Shown here: positions 1-9,990 of the stretch, in pieces | Layout of the letters: each line of letters opens with the position of its first letter | Position numbering within the stretch: position 1 is the first letter of the stretch | Source of the DNA: Pseudomonadota bacterium | GTDB lineage: Bacteria > Pseudomonadota > Alphaproteobacteria > Rhizobiales > CBDHHC01 | NCBI GenBank assembly: GCA_039033475.1 | Contig: JBCCCO010000005.1 | Span: 2,106-66,105, forward strand | DNA length: 64,000 nt | Reading direction: 5' to 3' | Notes under the pieces: model-generated | What the model saw: the letters and a program-made list of their open reading frames with translations, nothing else | Told to the model about the DNA's origin: nothing | Database searches by the model: none | Program-made: the position numbers and the translations under genes

Positions 1-264
1 GCTGTTCCAGGGATTTGTTTTCTATCTGGAGGGCAAAGCGAAGAGCAAGCTACGCAGAACCTATCAATGATGAATGCGGTTTATGATACGCCTTGGGCTT
101 TAACCTTTTCTTATGGCCGAGCTTTACAACAGGCTGCCCTTAAAGCCTGGCAGGGGCGTGAAGAAAATGTAGCTGCTGCTCAGGCTGCATTTACACACCG
201 GGCAAGAATGAATAGCTTAGCTGCACTTGGAAAATGGGCTCCTGAGCTTGAGAATGCGGCTTAG
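1..264 (+). CDS. Class I fructose-bisphosphate aldolase, C-terminal fragment (5' end lies outside the window)
   Basis: Frame 1 is open from base 1. The translation [18 protein letters not shown]...[16 protein letters not shown] resembles the conserved C-terminal part of class I FBA. Confidence 0.8.
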   Translation, partial: AVPGICFLSGGQSEEQATQNLSMMNAVYDTPWALTFSYGRALQQAALKAWQGREENVAAAQAAFTHRARMNSLAALGKWAPELENAA

Positions 265-291
265 TTACTTGTTTTTATAAGCTATTTTGTG

Positions 292-873
292 ATGTGTGAG
301 CTTTATTTAAAGTTACCCCGGCTTTTAACACGCGGTGTTTTGCAAGACCTTCGTGAAGTTTTCGCAAAAATAGACATTGCTTGTATCTTAATGCAATTGC
401 CTGATGGTCATGATACCGCTGAGAGCATAGATGCTGCTTTGGCATCTGATTTTAGAGCGTTGTGTCATGACCATAATACAGCCTTACTTGTAGAAAATGA
501 TCTGTTTTTTGCTGGGCAAATTGGTGCTGATGGTATTCATTTTAGCACTGATATTTTGCAGCATGTTGAAAATTTTGATGATCTTCAAAAGCGATCTCGC
601 AAGGACTTGATGTTTGGGGGCTTCTGCACCGATCGTCATGAAGCTTTAATGTGTGGTGAGAAAGGGTTTGATTACGTTGCCTTTTCTATTGCTCAAGATG
701 CCAACGATAAGGATGGGTCCTATCTCAAATGGTGGTTAGACTTGGTTGAGCTGCCCTGTGTGGCTTGGGATGTTGGGACACATGAGGATATCAAAAAGTG
801 CTTTGCCATTGGCGTTGATTTTATAGGTCTGGATCTTGCATTATTGGATGTTTATATCTCAGCTAAAACTTAG
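292..873 (+). CDS. Thiamine-phosphate synthase-like (TMP-TENI/ThiE family) protein
   Basis: The ORF is 193-194 aa, with GTG at 289 and ATG at 292. It has a TIM-barrel-like ThiE pattern (ADGIHF..., GVDFIG) and the conserved position after fba. Confidence 0.5.
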   Translation: MCELYLKLPRLLTRGVLQDLREVFAKIDIACILMQLPDGHDTAESIDAALASDFRALCHDHNTALLVENDLFFAGQIGADGIHFSTDILQHVENFDDLQKRSRKDLMFGGFCTDRHEALMCGEKGFDYVAFSIAQDANDKDGSYLKWWLDLVELPCVAWDVGTHEDIKKCFAIGVDFIGLDLALLDVYISAKT

Positions 874-892
874 AATACATTTTTTGTCTTGT

Positions 893-1891
893 ATGTTTGC
901 GATTACCAATAGTTTCATGTCAAATATTTTGATTGTTTTGTCCCAGTTTCGGTCTACGCTCGTGTGGGTTTACCACCCAACCTGCAAATGTATCTTTATA
1001 TTTTTAGCTATTTTTTTCGTATTGTTTCAACCTCTTGCCTTTGCCAATACCCCTCCAGATCCAGCTTATGATGCCTTTGATCGCGGGCTTTATCTTAAAG
1101 CACTTAAAGAGGCGAAAAAAGCCTCTCAACGCGGGGAAGCGCAAGCCAATACACTCGTTGGCCGTATCTACCAAGAAGGGCTTGGGGTTGCGCAAGACCT
1201 CCCTGAAGCGATTAAATGGTATCAAAAAGGAGCTGGTCAGGGGGATACAGATTCCCAATTTGCGCTTGGTATGTTGTTGCTCAAGGGTGATGGAATTCCG
1301 CGCGATGCCAAATTAGCAGCTGATTTTTTTGAAGAGGCGGCCCGCAAAGGTCATGTGGAAGCTCAATACAATATTGCGCTTATCTATACCCAAGGATTGG
1401 GACGTAAAGAAAATTTAGAGAAAGCTGTCAACTATATGAAACAGGCAGCTGAAAAGAATAATGCCAAAGCCCAATATGACCTGGGTACATTTTATAGCAC
1501 TGGCCTTGGAGTGAAAAAGAATTTTGAGAAAGCTGTTTTTTGGACTGCAAAAGCTGCACAGCTTGGTTTGCATGAGGCTCAGCTTGAATATGCTATTATG
1601 CTATTCAAAGGACGAGGTGTTCAAAAAGACGTTGTGCAAGCTGTTCGCTTTTTTCGAATGGCGGCTTATAAAAATAACCCCATTGCACAAAACAGATTGG
1701 CGCGACTTTATCTTTATGGCGTTGGTATCGAACCCAATATGATTGAAGCTGCAAAATGGCATTTGCTTGCTCGCAAACGCGGCGTGTCTGATGGAAAACT
1801 CGATAAATTGCTGTTTCGCTTAACACAGGAAGAACGAGAGTTAGCTGAAAAAGCTGCAAACTCATTTGTTGAACAAAGCGACGTGCAGTAA
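893..1891 (+). CDS. Secreted Sel1/TPR-like repeat protein
   Basis: A hydrophobic signal-like segment ends in AFA-NT. It is followed by about 7 tandem Sel1 units (AxxWYxKAAxQGxxxAQxxLGxxY). The start is uncertain (836, 893 or 917). Confidence 0.8.
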   Translation: MFAITNSFMSNILIVLSQFRSTLVWVYHPTCKCIFIFLAIFFVLFQPLAFANTPPDPAYDAFDRGLYLKALKEAKKASQRGEAQANTLVGRIYQEGLGVAQDLPEAIKWYQKGAGQGDTDSQFALGMLLLKGDGIPRDAKLAADFFEEAARKGHVEAQYNIALIYTQGLGRKENLEKAVNYMKQAAEKNNAKAQYDLGTFYSTGLGVKKNFEKAVFWTAKAAQLGLHEAQLEYAIMLFKGRGVQKDVVQAVRFFRMAAYKNNPIAQNRLARLYLYGVGIEPNMIEAAKWHLLARKRGVSDGKLDKLLFRLTQEERELAEKAANSFVEQSDVQ

Positions 1892-1903
1892 GTTCAGTCG
1901 GAT

Positions 1904-1950
1904 TGAGGGGCTTGGTGTTTAAAACGCCTTTTTCTTAATCCTACTGGGAT
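1904..1950. repeat. Hairpin-repeat family locus R0: solo C tail
   Basis: TTGGTGTTTAAAACGCCTTTTTCTTAATCCTACTGGGAT matches the C module found at 7111, 9246, 42303 and other sites. Confidence 0.7.
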
Positions 1951-1965
1951 TACATAAAAACCATG

Positions 1966-2655
1966 TTATCTTTGTCCGCGTTCTCCAAAGAGGGCTGTTC
2001 CTACTCGGATATAAGTTGCGCCAAATTGAATGGCGGTTTCATAGTCTGCGCTCATGCCCATACTAAGTTCTTTCAAACCTAAGGCTGATGCTTTTTTTGC
2101 CAGTAAAGCAAAGTGGAGAGCTGGTTCTTCTTCCATGGGAGGGATACACATCAGACCTGCGATTGGCAAGCGTAAGTCGTGCTGGCAATATTCCACAAAT
2201 TCATCGAGTTGTTCGGTGGCGATGCCTGCTTTTTGCGGCTCTTCTCCGGTATTGACCTGAATAAAAAGTTTGAGCTGTTTGTCTTGGGTTTCCATTTGGT
2301 CTTTGATGGTCTTGGCAATTTTGGACCGGTCAACTGTATGGATGACATCAAAAAGGGCTACGGCCTCTTTGGTTTTGTTTGATTGTAATGGGCCAATGAG
2401 ATGCAATTCAACACCTGGGTATGTTGCTTTAAGTTGCGGCCATTTTTTTTGCGCTTCTTGTACTCGATTTTCCCCAAAGATGCGATGACCAGCTTCAAGC
2501 AGCGGCGTAATGGAGTTTTCATCTTGGGTTTTGGAGACCGCAATAAGGTTTATGTCATCTGGCGGGCGTTTTATAAGGTGGGCTGCTTGTGCAATTTTTT
2601 GTTTGATATCATGCAAACGATGTTGGTTTTTTTCTGTAGGGGGCATAAACAGCAC
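1966..2655 (-). CDS. yggS: YggS-family pyridoxal-phosphate homeostasis protein
   Basis: The ORF is 229 aa with the FGENRVQE and SMGMSxDxxxAI motifs typical of YggS/PROSC. Confidence 0.85.
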   Translation of the reverse strand: MLFMPPTEKNQHRLHDIKQKIAQAAHLIKRPPDDINLIAVSKTQDENSITPLLEAGHRIFGENRVQEAQKKWPQLKATYPGVELHLIGPLQSNKTKEAVALFDVIHTVDRSKIAKTIKDQMETQDKQLKLFIQVNTGEEPQKAGIATEQLDEFVEYCQHDLRLPIAGLMCIPPMEEEPALHFALLAKKASALGLKELSMGMSADYETAIQFGATYIRVGTALFGERGQR

Positions 2656-2802
2656 GTGTGCTTTTGTTGGATTTGCTGGTAAATGTTGAATTCTTAATGC
2701 AATTGTCTATAAGAGATAATTAGTAATTGCCACATTTTTTGTGGCTTGTTTTATAAAATAATAATCAGAACATCTGAAAGTCGGTTGATCTAGAGAATTG
2801 CT

Positions 2803-5439
2803 ATGACAAGTGAACGTTATAATGCCCCTGACCGGGAAGCCCATTGGCAAAAAGTTTGGGACAAGGAAGAAACATTTGTTGTCGATAATGCAGATGTCAT
2901 AGCAGATCAAACACATCCCAAATGTTATGTTCTTGAAATGTTTCCCTACCCTTCAGGGCGGATTCACATGGGGCATGTGCGCAACTATGCTATGGGCGAT
3001 GTGGTTGCGCGCTATAAACGGGCTAAAGGCTTTCATGTGCTGCACCCTATGGGGTGGGATGCTTTTGGAATGCCTGCTGAAAACGCTGCTATGCAACATA
3101 ATGTGCACCCGGCATCTTGGACTTATGAGAATATTGCAACGATGCGTGGGCAGCTTAAATCCATGGGGTTATCGCTTGACTGGAGCAGAGAGTTTGCAAC
3201 CTGTGATGTCGAGTATTACGAACAACAGCAACGTTTGTTTTTGGACATGCTGGATAAGGGGCTGGCTTATCGCAAAAAAAGCAAGGTGAATTGGGACCCT
3301 GTTGACCACACGGTTCTTGCAAACGAGCAAGTCATTGATGGCAAAGGATGGCGTTCTGGGGCACCCGTTGAGCAGCGAGAACTGACTCAATGGTTTTTTA
3401 AAATCACTGATTATGCCGAGGATTTGATTGAAGCCCTTGATGCACTTAAAGATTGGCCGGATGAAGTTTGTCTGATGCAGCATAACTGGATTGGGCGCTC
3501 GCATGGCCTATTAATGCGTTTTGAACTGCAAGGCGTTAACCTTCCTGATGACTTTTCAGTTTTGGAAATTTATACGACCCGGCCTGATACCATTTTTGGG
3601 GCTAGCTTTTGTGCGATTTCGCCTGAGCATCCGCTTGCCACCACTCTTGCTGAAGAGAATAAAGAGCTGGATGCGTTTATCAAAGACTGTCAGCGATTGG
3701 GCACCAGTGAAGAAGATATAGAGCGGGCTGAAAAGAAGGGGTATGATACTGGACTTGTTGCAAAGCATCCCTTTAAAGATGGTGAAGTTCTTCCTGTTTA
3801 TGTTGCTAATTTCATACTTATGGGATATGGCACTGGAGCTATTTTTGGATGTCCTGCCCATGATCAGCGCGATTTAGATTTTGCTAGGAAGTATGATCTT
3901 GATGTTACCCCTGTTGTCCTGCCTGATGGGATGGATCAGGAGTCATTTTTTGTAGATCAGGAGGCTTATACCGGTCTTGGCTCCGTTATTAACTCAGATT
4001 TTCTCAATGGTCTTGATATTCAGGACGCAAAAAATGAAATCTCCAAGCGGGCTAAAGATAAGAGAATTGGTGAGCGGCAAGTGAACTATCGCCTACGTGA
4101 TTGGGGGATTTCACGGCAACGTTATTGGGGGTGTCCGATCCCTATCATTCATTGTGATCAGTGTGGTGCCGTACCTGTACCTGATGAGGATTTACCCGTG
4201 CGATTGCCTGATGACGTTCGCTTTGATAAGCCTGGTAACCCGCTTGATCATCACCCAACTTGGAAGCATGTGGCATGTCCAAGGTGTGGAAATAAAGCGC
4301 TGCGCGAGACAGATACCTGCGATACGTTTGTTGACTCTTCATGGTATTTTGCACGGTTTTGTGCTCCTAAAGCAGAAACTCCAACAGATAAAGCGGCTGC
4401 AAATTATTGGCTTCCTGTTGATCAATATATCGGGGGTATTGAGCATGCGATTTTGCACCTGTTGTATTCACGATTTTTCACCCGGGCCATGCAAGCGACC
4501 GATCATCTTGATCTGAAAGAGCCTTTTGCCCGGCTGTTTACGCAAGGAATGGTCAATCACGAAACCTATCAATTGAATGATGGCACCTGGCTTAATCCAA
4601 ATGATGTGCGCATTGAAACTAATGGCAATGATCGTCTGGCTTGTCATATTTCAACTGGGGCACCAGTTGTGATTGGACCTGTCCGCAAGATGTCAAAATC
4701 AAAAATGAATGTGATTGATCCTGATGACATTATTGGACATTACGGTGCTGATACGGCGCGGTGGTTTATGCTTTCAGATTCCCCCCCTGAGCGTGATGTG
4801 CAATGGACAGAAGCTGGCGTTGAAGGGGCCGGGCGTTTTGTGCAACGGCTTTGGCGGCTGATTGATGAAGCGGCAGAGCTGGTTTGTCCAATTGATTCAC
4901 AAAAACCTACAAGCTTTTCTGATATGGCTTTAGATTTGCGGCGAGCTGCGCATCGTGCGCTTGATAAGACGTCTCAGGATATTGAAGCTTTACGTTTTAA
5001 TCGCGCGGTTGCCAATGTCTATGATTTTGCCAATACACTTGGTAGTGCCATTCAAGAGTGTAAGAAACACACGCAAAATTCGTCTTCCTCTGATATGAAA
5101 TGGTGTTTAAAAGAGGCCTGTGACTTTATTATTTTTATGTTTGGCCCAATGATGCCACATTTGGCTGAAGAATGTTGGATCAGACTTGATCATGGTGGTT
5201 TATTTTCTGATCAACCTTGGCCGGATGTTGAAAATTCTTTATTAAGAGATGAAACCGTGACAATAGCGGTACAGGTGAATGGAAAACGACGTGATGAGCT
5301 TACTATTTCATGCGATGCAAGCAAAGAAATGGTTGAGGCTGAAGCCTTAAAGTTGGATAATGTCGCTCGAGCCGTTGGTGAACGTCAAATAAAAAAAGTT
5401 ATTGTGGTGCCAAAAAGGATTGTAAATGTTGTTGTTTAA
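2803..5439 (+). CDS. leuS: Leucyl-tRNA synthetase
   Basis: The ORF is 878 aa with the class I motifs HMGH and KMSKS. Full-length LeuS architecture. Confidence 0.97.
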   Translation: MTSERYNAPDREAHWQKVWDKEETFVVDNADVIADQTHPKCYVLEMFPYPSGRIHMGHVRNYAMGDVVARYKRAKGFHVLHPMGWDAFGMPAENAAMQHNVHPASWTYENIATMRGQLKSMGLSLDWSREFATCDVEYYEQQQRLFLDMLDKGLAYRKKSKVNWDPVDHTVLANEQVIDGKGWRSGAPVEQRELTQWFFKITDYAEDLIEALDALKDWPDEVCLMQHNWIGRSHGLLMRFELQGVNLPDDFSVLEIYTTRPDTIFGASFCAISPEHPLATTLAEENKELDAFIKDCQRLGTSEEDIERAEKKGYDTGLVAKHPFKDGEVLPVYVANFILMGYGTGAIFGCPAHDQRDLDFARKYDLDVTPVVLPDGMDQESFFVDQEAYTGLGSVINSDFLNGLDIQDAKNEISKRAKDKRIGERQVNYRLRDWGISRQRYWGCPIPIIHCDQCGAVPVPDEDLPVRLPDDVRFDKPGNPLDHHPTWKHVACPRCGNKALRETDTCDTFVDSSWYFARFCAPKAETPTDKAAANYWLPVDQYIGGIEHAILHLLYSRFFTRAMQATDHLDLKEPFARLFTQGMVNHETYQLNDGTWLNPNDVRIETNGNDRLACHISTGAPVVIGPVRKMSKSKMNVIDPDDIIGHYGADTARWFMLSDSPPERDVQWTEAGVEGAGRFVQRLWRLIDEAAELVCPIDSQKPTSFSDMALDLRRAAHRALDKTSQDIEALRFNRAVANVYDFANTLGSAIQECKKHTQNSSSSDMKWCLKEACDFIIFMFGPMMPHLAEECWIRLDHGGLFSDQPWPDVENSLLRDETVTIAVQVNGKRRDELTISCDASKEMVEAEALKLDNVARAVGERQIKKVIVVPKRIVNVVV

Positions 5440-6001
5440 TTCTACGCAGAACGTTTCTTTTAAGCGGATATCTAAAGTTGTTACGATATTGGCACTTACA
5501 CTCATCGGGCCTATACTTGCAGGATGTTCTTTTCAACCGCTTTATGGCAGCAATTCACATGGTGAGAATGTTAATGAAGCTTTGAAGGCAGTTCAGATCC
5601 CCATCATACCTGGTCGTGTTGGGCAACGCGTTCGTAATGAGTTGATCTATCAAGTTACCAATGGTGGTTCACCTCTCGCTTCTAAATATCGGCTTAATTT
5701 AATTCTACGCGAATCTGAGATTGCTGCTTTGGTGACAACTTCTGGTGATTCACAGGGACAAATTTATCGTTTGGAAGCTCAATTTTCGCTTGTGCGTTTG
5801 AGTGACAACCAAGTTGTTTTTGAGGGAAAAAGTCATTCCCGTGCCGCTTACGATAAAAGCTTTTTGGATGATGCTGGCAACCAAGTGAATTCTATTTTTG
5901 GTAATGTTCGGGCGCGTATTGATGCTGAAAACAGGGCCTCACGCGTTATTGCTGAAGAATTAAAAGTTCGTCTGGCCACCTATCTCTCAACCTCTGCTTA
6001 A
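5426..6001 (+). CDS. lptE: LPS-assembly lipoprotein LptE (RlpB)
   Basis: The ORF is 191 aa with lipobox LAGC. It overlaps the leuS stop and sits in the conserved leuS-lptE-holA order. Confidence 0.75.
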   Translation: MLLFNSTQNVSFKRISKVVTILALTLIGPILAGCSFQPLYGSNSHGENVNEALKAVQIPIIPGRVGQRVRNELIYQVTNGGSPLASKYRLNLILRESEIAALVTTSGDSQGQIYRLEAQFSLVRLSDNQVVFEGKSHSRAAYDKSFLDDAGNQVNSIFGNVRARIDAENRASRVIAEELKVRLATYLSTSA

Positions 6002-6016
6002 AAGGCCTTATGCCTT

Positions 6017-7048
6017 ATGGCTGCCCTTTCCGCTGCCAAAGTACACTCTTTTGTTCAATCTCCTGATTTTTCTCTACATGCTTTTTTGATTTATGGGCAG
6101 GATCCTGGCTTGGTTCAAGAATACAGTATAGCTTTATCTCAAAAGCTGGCCCATGTCTCTCAAGATATTGGCGAAATTATTTTTCTTGATGATAATGATA
6201 TTTCCAATAATCCTGACAAACTCAGCCTTGAAATTGATATTGTTCCAATGTTTGGCGGCCAAAAGGTTGTTCGGGCGCGCACTGGTTTGCGTCTTAATGC
6301 AAGCTTATTAGAGCCTTTGATTCACAGCACAATGCAAAGCTATCTCGTTGTTGAGGCTGGTGATCTCAAAAAAAATGCCAAGCTAAGAACCCTTTTTGAA
6401 AAAAATAGTCATGCCATGGCACTTCCTTGTTACGGGGATGATAGCAAAGCTTTGCTGAGCCTTATTGATGATGAATTCTCACAAAGCAATATGACATTTG
6501 CTGTGAATGCCAAACAACATTTGCAAGATCAATTGGGTGCAGACAGGGCTTTATCTCGAGCAGAGTTAAAAAAACTTCTGTTATATGCTCATGGGCAAAA
6601 CGAAATTACGATTGAAGATATTGATGCTGTTATTGGGGATGCCGCCGCTCTTTCGTTAGAGCAGATTATTTATGCTTGCGGGCTTGGGGATATTGATGCT
6701 GCTCTTTCCCACTTTGATCGGGCATTGGATGCAGGACATTCTCCCCAAAGTGTGCTGTTTTTTTTGAATAAACATTTTACCCAACTTCATCACGTGCGTG
6801 GACAGGTCGATCGCGGAGATAGCTTGGATGTAATTGTTAGAAGACTGCGCCCTCCTGTTCACTTTAAGAGGCAAAATGACTTTAAAAGGCAGTGTTCTTC
6901 TTGGTCGCAAAAACAACTTTTTATGGCTCTTGATCTTATTACGCAAACCACCGTGCGGTGCCGTGGGAAAATGGCTTCTTATGGAAGTCTGGAGCGGATT
7001 TTTATTGAACGGTTGTTGCTAAACCTTGGCCGGATGGGGAGACGGTGA
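6017..7048 (+). CDS. holA: DNA polymerase III delta subunit
   Basis: The ORF is 343 aa. The call rests on size and on its position after lptE; motif evidence is weak. Confidence 0.75.
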   Translation: MAALSAAKVHSFVQSPDFSLHAFLIYGQDPGLVQEYSIALSQKLAHVSQDIGEIIFLDDNDISNNPDKLSLEIDIVPMFGGQKVVRARTGLRLNASLLEPLIHSTMQSYLVVEAGDLKKNAKLRTLFEKNSHAMALPCYGDDSKALLSLIDDEFSQSNMTFAVNAKQHLQDQLGADRALSRAELKKLLLYAHGQNEITIEDIDAVIGDAAALSLEQIIYACGLGDIDAALSHFDRALDAGHSPQSVLFFLNKHFTQLHHVRGQVDRGDSLDVIVRRLRPPVHFKRQNDFKRQCSSWSQKQLFMALDLITQTTVRCRGKMASYGSLERIFIERLLLNLGRMGRR

Positions 7049-7082
7049 GGGGTTTGAGTGATTGTAGTCCTTTATGGACTTT

Positions 7083-7227
7083 AGAGATTCCCGCTTTCGC
7101 GGGAATGACAATGGAGAGGTTTGGTATTAAAAATGCGCTTTTCTTAATCCTACCAGGGTTATAAGCTAAAATCTGCATTGTTTATGTGATTAACGTTACA
7201 GAGATCCTAGCTTTCGCTGGGATGACG
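7083..7227. repeat. Hairpin-repeat locus R1: A hairpin + C tail, spacer, then a second A hairpin
   Basis: AGAGATTCCCGCTTTCGCGGGAATGAC plus C occupies 7083-7160. GAGATCCTAGCTTTCGCTGGGATGACG occupies 7201-7227. Confidence 0.9.
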
Positions 7228-7245
7228 CAGCATTTAGAACTCTAA

Positions 7246-8112
7246 TTACGCCATTAACAATCGATCTCTGACAGCCTCAAGCTGTTCTAAACTGCGGTAT
7301 TTTATGCGCAATTCACCACTTTCTCCTGAGCTAGGATTGATGGTTACGCTTAAACCCAAAGCATCTGACAGCTCTTGCTCAACGGCTCTGGTATCTGCGT
7401 CTTTTTCTTTTTTGGGTTTAACCAAGCGATCTTGTTTACCCTGAATTAACGCTTCAACTTCACGGACATTGAGCCCTTTGGCCATAATCTTTTCAGCTAA
7501 TTCTTCTGCATTTTCCTGACCTATCAAAGCTCTGGCATGGCCTGCGCTAAGCTTGCTCTCACGGACCATATCCTGAACTGTCTGAGGTAGCTTTAAAAGG
7601 CGCATGGTATTGGCCAGATGGCTACGGCTTTTGCCTATAATTCTGGAGAGATCTTCTTGAGTGTATGAATATTCATCAATTAGCTCTTTGTAGCCGCCGG
7701 CTTCCTCAATGGGATTTAGATCACTGCGCTGCACGTTTTCAATAATGGCAACTTCAAGCAGTTCTTTGTCATTTAAATCACGAATAATCACTGGAAGAGT
7801 GTGCAAACCAGCAAGTTGAGATGCACGCCACCGACGTTCGCCTGCAACAATTTCATAGGTAGTGTGCAAGCCTTTGAGTGGACGGACGATAAGGGGCTGA
7901 ACAAGACCTTTTTCCGCGATGGAGGTCGCTAATTCTTCAAGCTCAGCTTGCGGGAAATCACGTCTTGGGTTCAGAGGGCTGGACTTTACATGCTCAATGG
8001 ATACCATGCGCTGTTCACCTTCCATTGGAATAGGTTGCCCTGCGTTTGCTGAATCTCCAATTAAAGCTGCCAAACCGCGTCCTAATCTTTTGTTTTGTGC
8101 CACTGCCACCAT
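7246..8112 (-). CDS. parB: Chromosome partitioning protein ParB
   Basis: The ORF is 288 aa with an LGRGLAAL N-terminus, the GERRWRA ParB box and an HTH region. Confidence 0.95.
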   Translation of the reverse strand: MVAVAQNKRLGRGLAALIGDSANAGQPIPMEGEQRMVSIEHVKSSPLNPRRDFPQAELEELATSIAEKGLVQPLIVRPLKGLHTTYEIVAGERRWRASQLAGLHTLPVIIRDLNDKELLEVAIIENVQRSDLNPIEEAGGYKELIDEYSYTQEDLSRIIGKSRSHLANTMRLLKLPQTVQDMVRESKLSAGHARALIGQENAEELAEKIMAKGLNVREVEALIQGKQDRLVKPKKEKDADTRAVEQELSDALGLSVTINPSSGESGELRIKYRSLEQLEAVRDRLLMA

Positions 8113-8175
8113 CTTTTGTTTTTCCTTATATTAAACTTTAAGCGTTTCTTGCTGCTTAATATGTGTTTTGATTTT

Positions 8176-9009
8176 TTAAGCAGCGCCCAGAAGGTTTTCA
8201 CGGTCAATAATTTCGCTTGCTAACCTGATATAAGCTTTACTGCCAACGCATTTGTGATCATATAAAAGGATTGGCTTACCATGGGATGGTGCTTCAGCAA
8301 TACGAACATTCCTTGGTATTTCTGTTGCATAGACTTTTTCACCAAAGAAATTCCGAACTTCACTGGCCACTTCATCGGCCAGTTTGGTACGTGAATCATG
8401 CATAGTCAGCACAACACCATGAATTTCCAAATCTGGATTTAAGCTGGCTTTGACATAGTCAATACTCTCCGCCAATTGTTGAATTCCTTCAAGCGCGAAA
8501 AATTCGCATTGCACGGGCACCAGGACTGAATCTGCTGCACTCATCGCATTGATCGTGAGAATATTAAGAGAGGGTGGGCAATCAATCAGAACGTAATTGA
8601 TGCGTTTGTCCTCAGGCATTTCAGAGTCTATTGCTTTCATATTCATAATTGCATCGCGAAGACGAAATGCTCTGTTCGATGAGGCGTTGAGTTCTGGCTC
8701 AAGGCCTGCCAAATCCCGTGTGGCCGGGGCCACTGCAAGATTTGGAATTTTTGAGGGAATTGCCGCTTGATGCAGTGTTGCGGTGCGGCTCATCACATCA
8801 TATATCGAGATGGTGCGGGATTGCTCATCTATTCCAAGGCCTGTGCTGGCATTGCCTTGAGGATCCAAATCAATCACAAGAACGCGCTGATCTACGGCTG
8901 CAAGAGCAGTGCCCAGGTTAATAGCGGTCGTGGTTTTCCCAACACCGCCTTTTTGGTTGGCTACAGCTAAAACGCGAGGGCCTGAATTTCCATATATTTT
9001 TCCAGTCAT
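8176..9009 (-). CDS. parA: Chromosome partitioning ATPase ParA
   Basis: The ORF is 277 aa with the deviant Walker A motif KGGVGKTT. Confidence 0.95.
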   Translation of the reverse strand: MTGKIYGNSGPRVLAVANQKGGVGKTTTAINLGTALAAVDQRVLVIDLDPQGNASTGLGIDEQSRTISIYDVMSRTATLHQAAIPSKIPNLAVAPATRDLAGLEPELNASSNRAFRLRDAIMNMKAIDSEMPEDKRINYVLIDCPPSLNILTINAMSAADSVLVPVQCEFFALEGIQQLAESIDYVKASLNPDLEIHGVVLTMHDSRTKLADEVASEVRNFFGEKVYATEIPRNVRIAEAPSHGKPILLYDHKCVGSKAYIRLASEIIDRENLLGAA

Positions 9010-9064
9010 GGTGTATCTCCTTTACCGGGATTCTGTTTTACTGGATATACATTTGTTATTTTTA
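9006..9064 (-). pseudogene. Relict 3' end of rsmG (KITNVYPVKQNPGKGDTP-stop), displaced by the 250-bp insertion
   Basis: This stretch reads in frame with rsmG once 9065-9314 is removed. Its TGA stop overlaps the parA ATG (ATGA at 9006-9009). Confidence 0.6.
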
Positions 9065-9314
9065 CTGCAATTTGGGATAGGAAAAAAATGAAAAAATACC
9101 CTAGCCACCCTGCCAGGTATGAGCCAGATCGGTGATTTGTGAAAAAAATCACTGTGTGGCCGAAAAATAGTTCTTTGACCGGGATTCCATTTTTCAATGC
9201 AAGACCGGTATAACCTGTTTGAGATTCCCGCTTTCGCGGGAATGACGGTGGAGAGTTTTGTTTTTTAAAATGCACTTTTCTTATCCATAACCGGGGCTAC
9301 ATTTGTTATTTTTA
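9065..9314. mobile_element. 250-bp insertion or duplication bounded by a 17-bp perfect direct repeat, carrying an A+C hairpin-repeat unit
   Basis: TACATTTGTTATTTTTA occurs at 9048-9064 and again at 9298-9314. The interior contains GAGATTCCCGCTTTCGCGGGAATGAC plus a C tail (9221-9297). Confidence 0.55.
9221..9297. repeat. Hairpin-repeat locus R2: A hairpin + C tail (inside the rsmG/parA insertion)
   Basis: GAGATTCCCGCTTTCGCGGGAATGACGGTGGAGAGTTTTG...CTTTTCTTATCCATAACCGGGG. Confidence 0.9.
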
Positions 9315-9990
9315 TTATTGTGCCTGCTGTTTCTGTCATGCTGAGGCAATCTTCATACTCAAAACGCCAGATTTTCTTAGCGTTTTGTATTTCTTTTTCC
9401 GTGTCCCGTCCTTTTAAAAAGACAAGTTCGGTGTTTTGTTGCAAAAATGGATGCGTGAGTCCTAACAGTTTGTCCAATGAAGCAAGCGCTCTTGCTGTCA
9501 CGCAATCAATAGACATATGTTGCGCTGACTCGTGCAAAGTTTCAATTCGGCAATTGTGAATTTCCACAAATGCGATGGAATTGGTGTGTGATTTTGAGCT
9601 CAGATCAAGCTTGCGAGCCACTTCTTGCAAAAAAGCACATTTTTTGGTGTTGCTTTCGACAAGGTGAAGTGCTGTGTTTTGAAATGATTTAGTCGCGGCC
9701 TGACTGTCTTGCATTAAAATTGCCAGGACCAGAGCCGGAAATCCAGCGCCAGAACCGATATCCACTAAATTTTTCGTACTTTTTGGAATATGCTGCAAAA
9801 GTTGCGCGCTATCTGCGAAATGGCGATGCCAGATGTCATTGATTGTGCTGTTTGCGATGAGATTTTTAGATTTTTGCCATAGCTTTAGGAGTGCTTCATA
9901 TTGCTCCAATTTTTCAATCGTTTCACGTGAAACTCCAAAGGCTTGAGCAAAATCTATTGCATTTTGAATATGGCGGATTTGATCAGGCAA
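9265..9990 (-). CDS. rsmG: 16S rRNA (guanine527-N7)-methyltransferase RsmG (GidB); the current 3' end is supplied by repeat sequence
   Basis: The ORF is 241 aa with SAM motif DIGSGAGFP. The last 11 codons ([10 protein letters not shown]-stop) lie inside repeat module C. Confidence 0.9.
   Translation of the reverse strand: MPDQIRHIQNAIDFAQAFGVSRETIEKLEQYEALLKLWQKSKNLIANSTINDIWHRHFADSAQLLQHIPKSTKNLVDIGSGAGFPALVLAILMQDSQAATKSFQNTALHLVESNTKKCAFLQEVARKLDLSSKSHTNSIAFVEIHNCRIETLHESAQHMSIDCVTARALASLDKLLGLTHPFLQQNTELVFLKGRDTEKEIQNAKKIWRFEYEDCLSMTETAGTIIKITNVAPVMDKKSAF

Noticed and set aside
9006-9275. An 89-aa ORF in the track between parA and rsmG
   Set aside because: It is a composite of repeat-module sequence read through and the displaced rsmG tail. 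It has no independent coding signal. The part I kept is annotated only as a relict rsmG 3' fragment.
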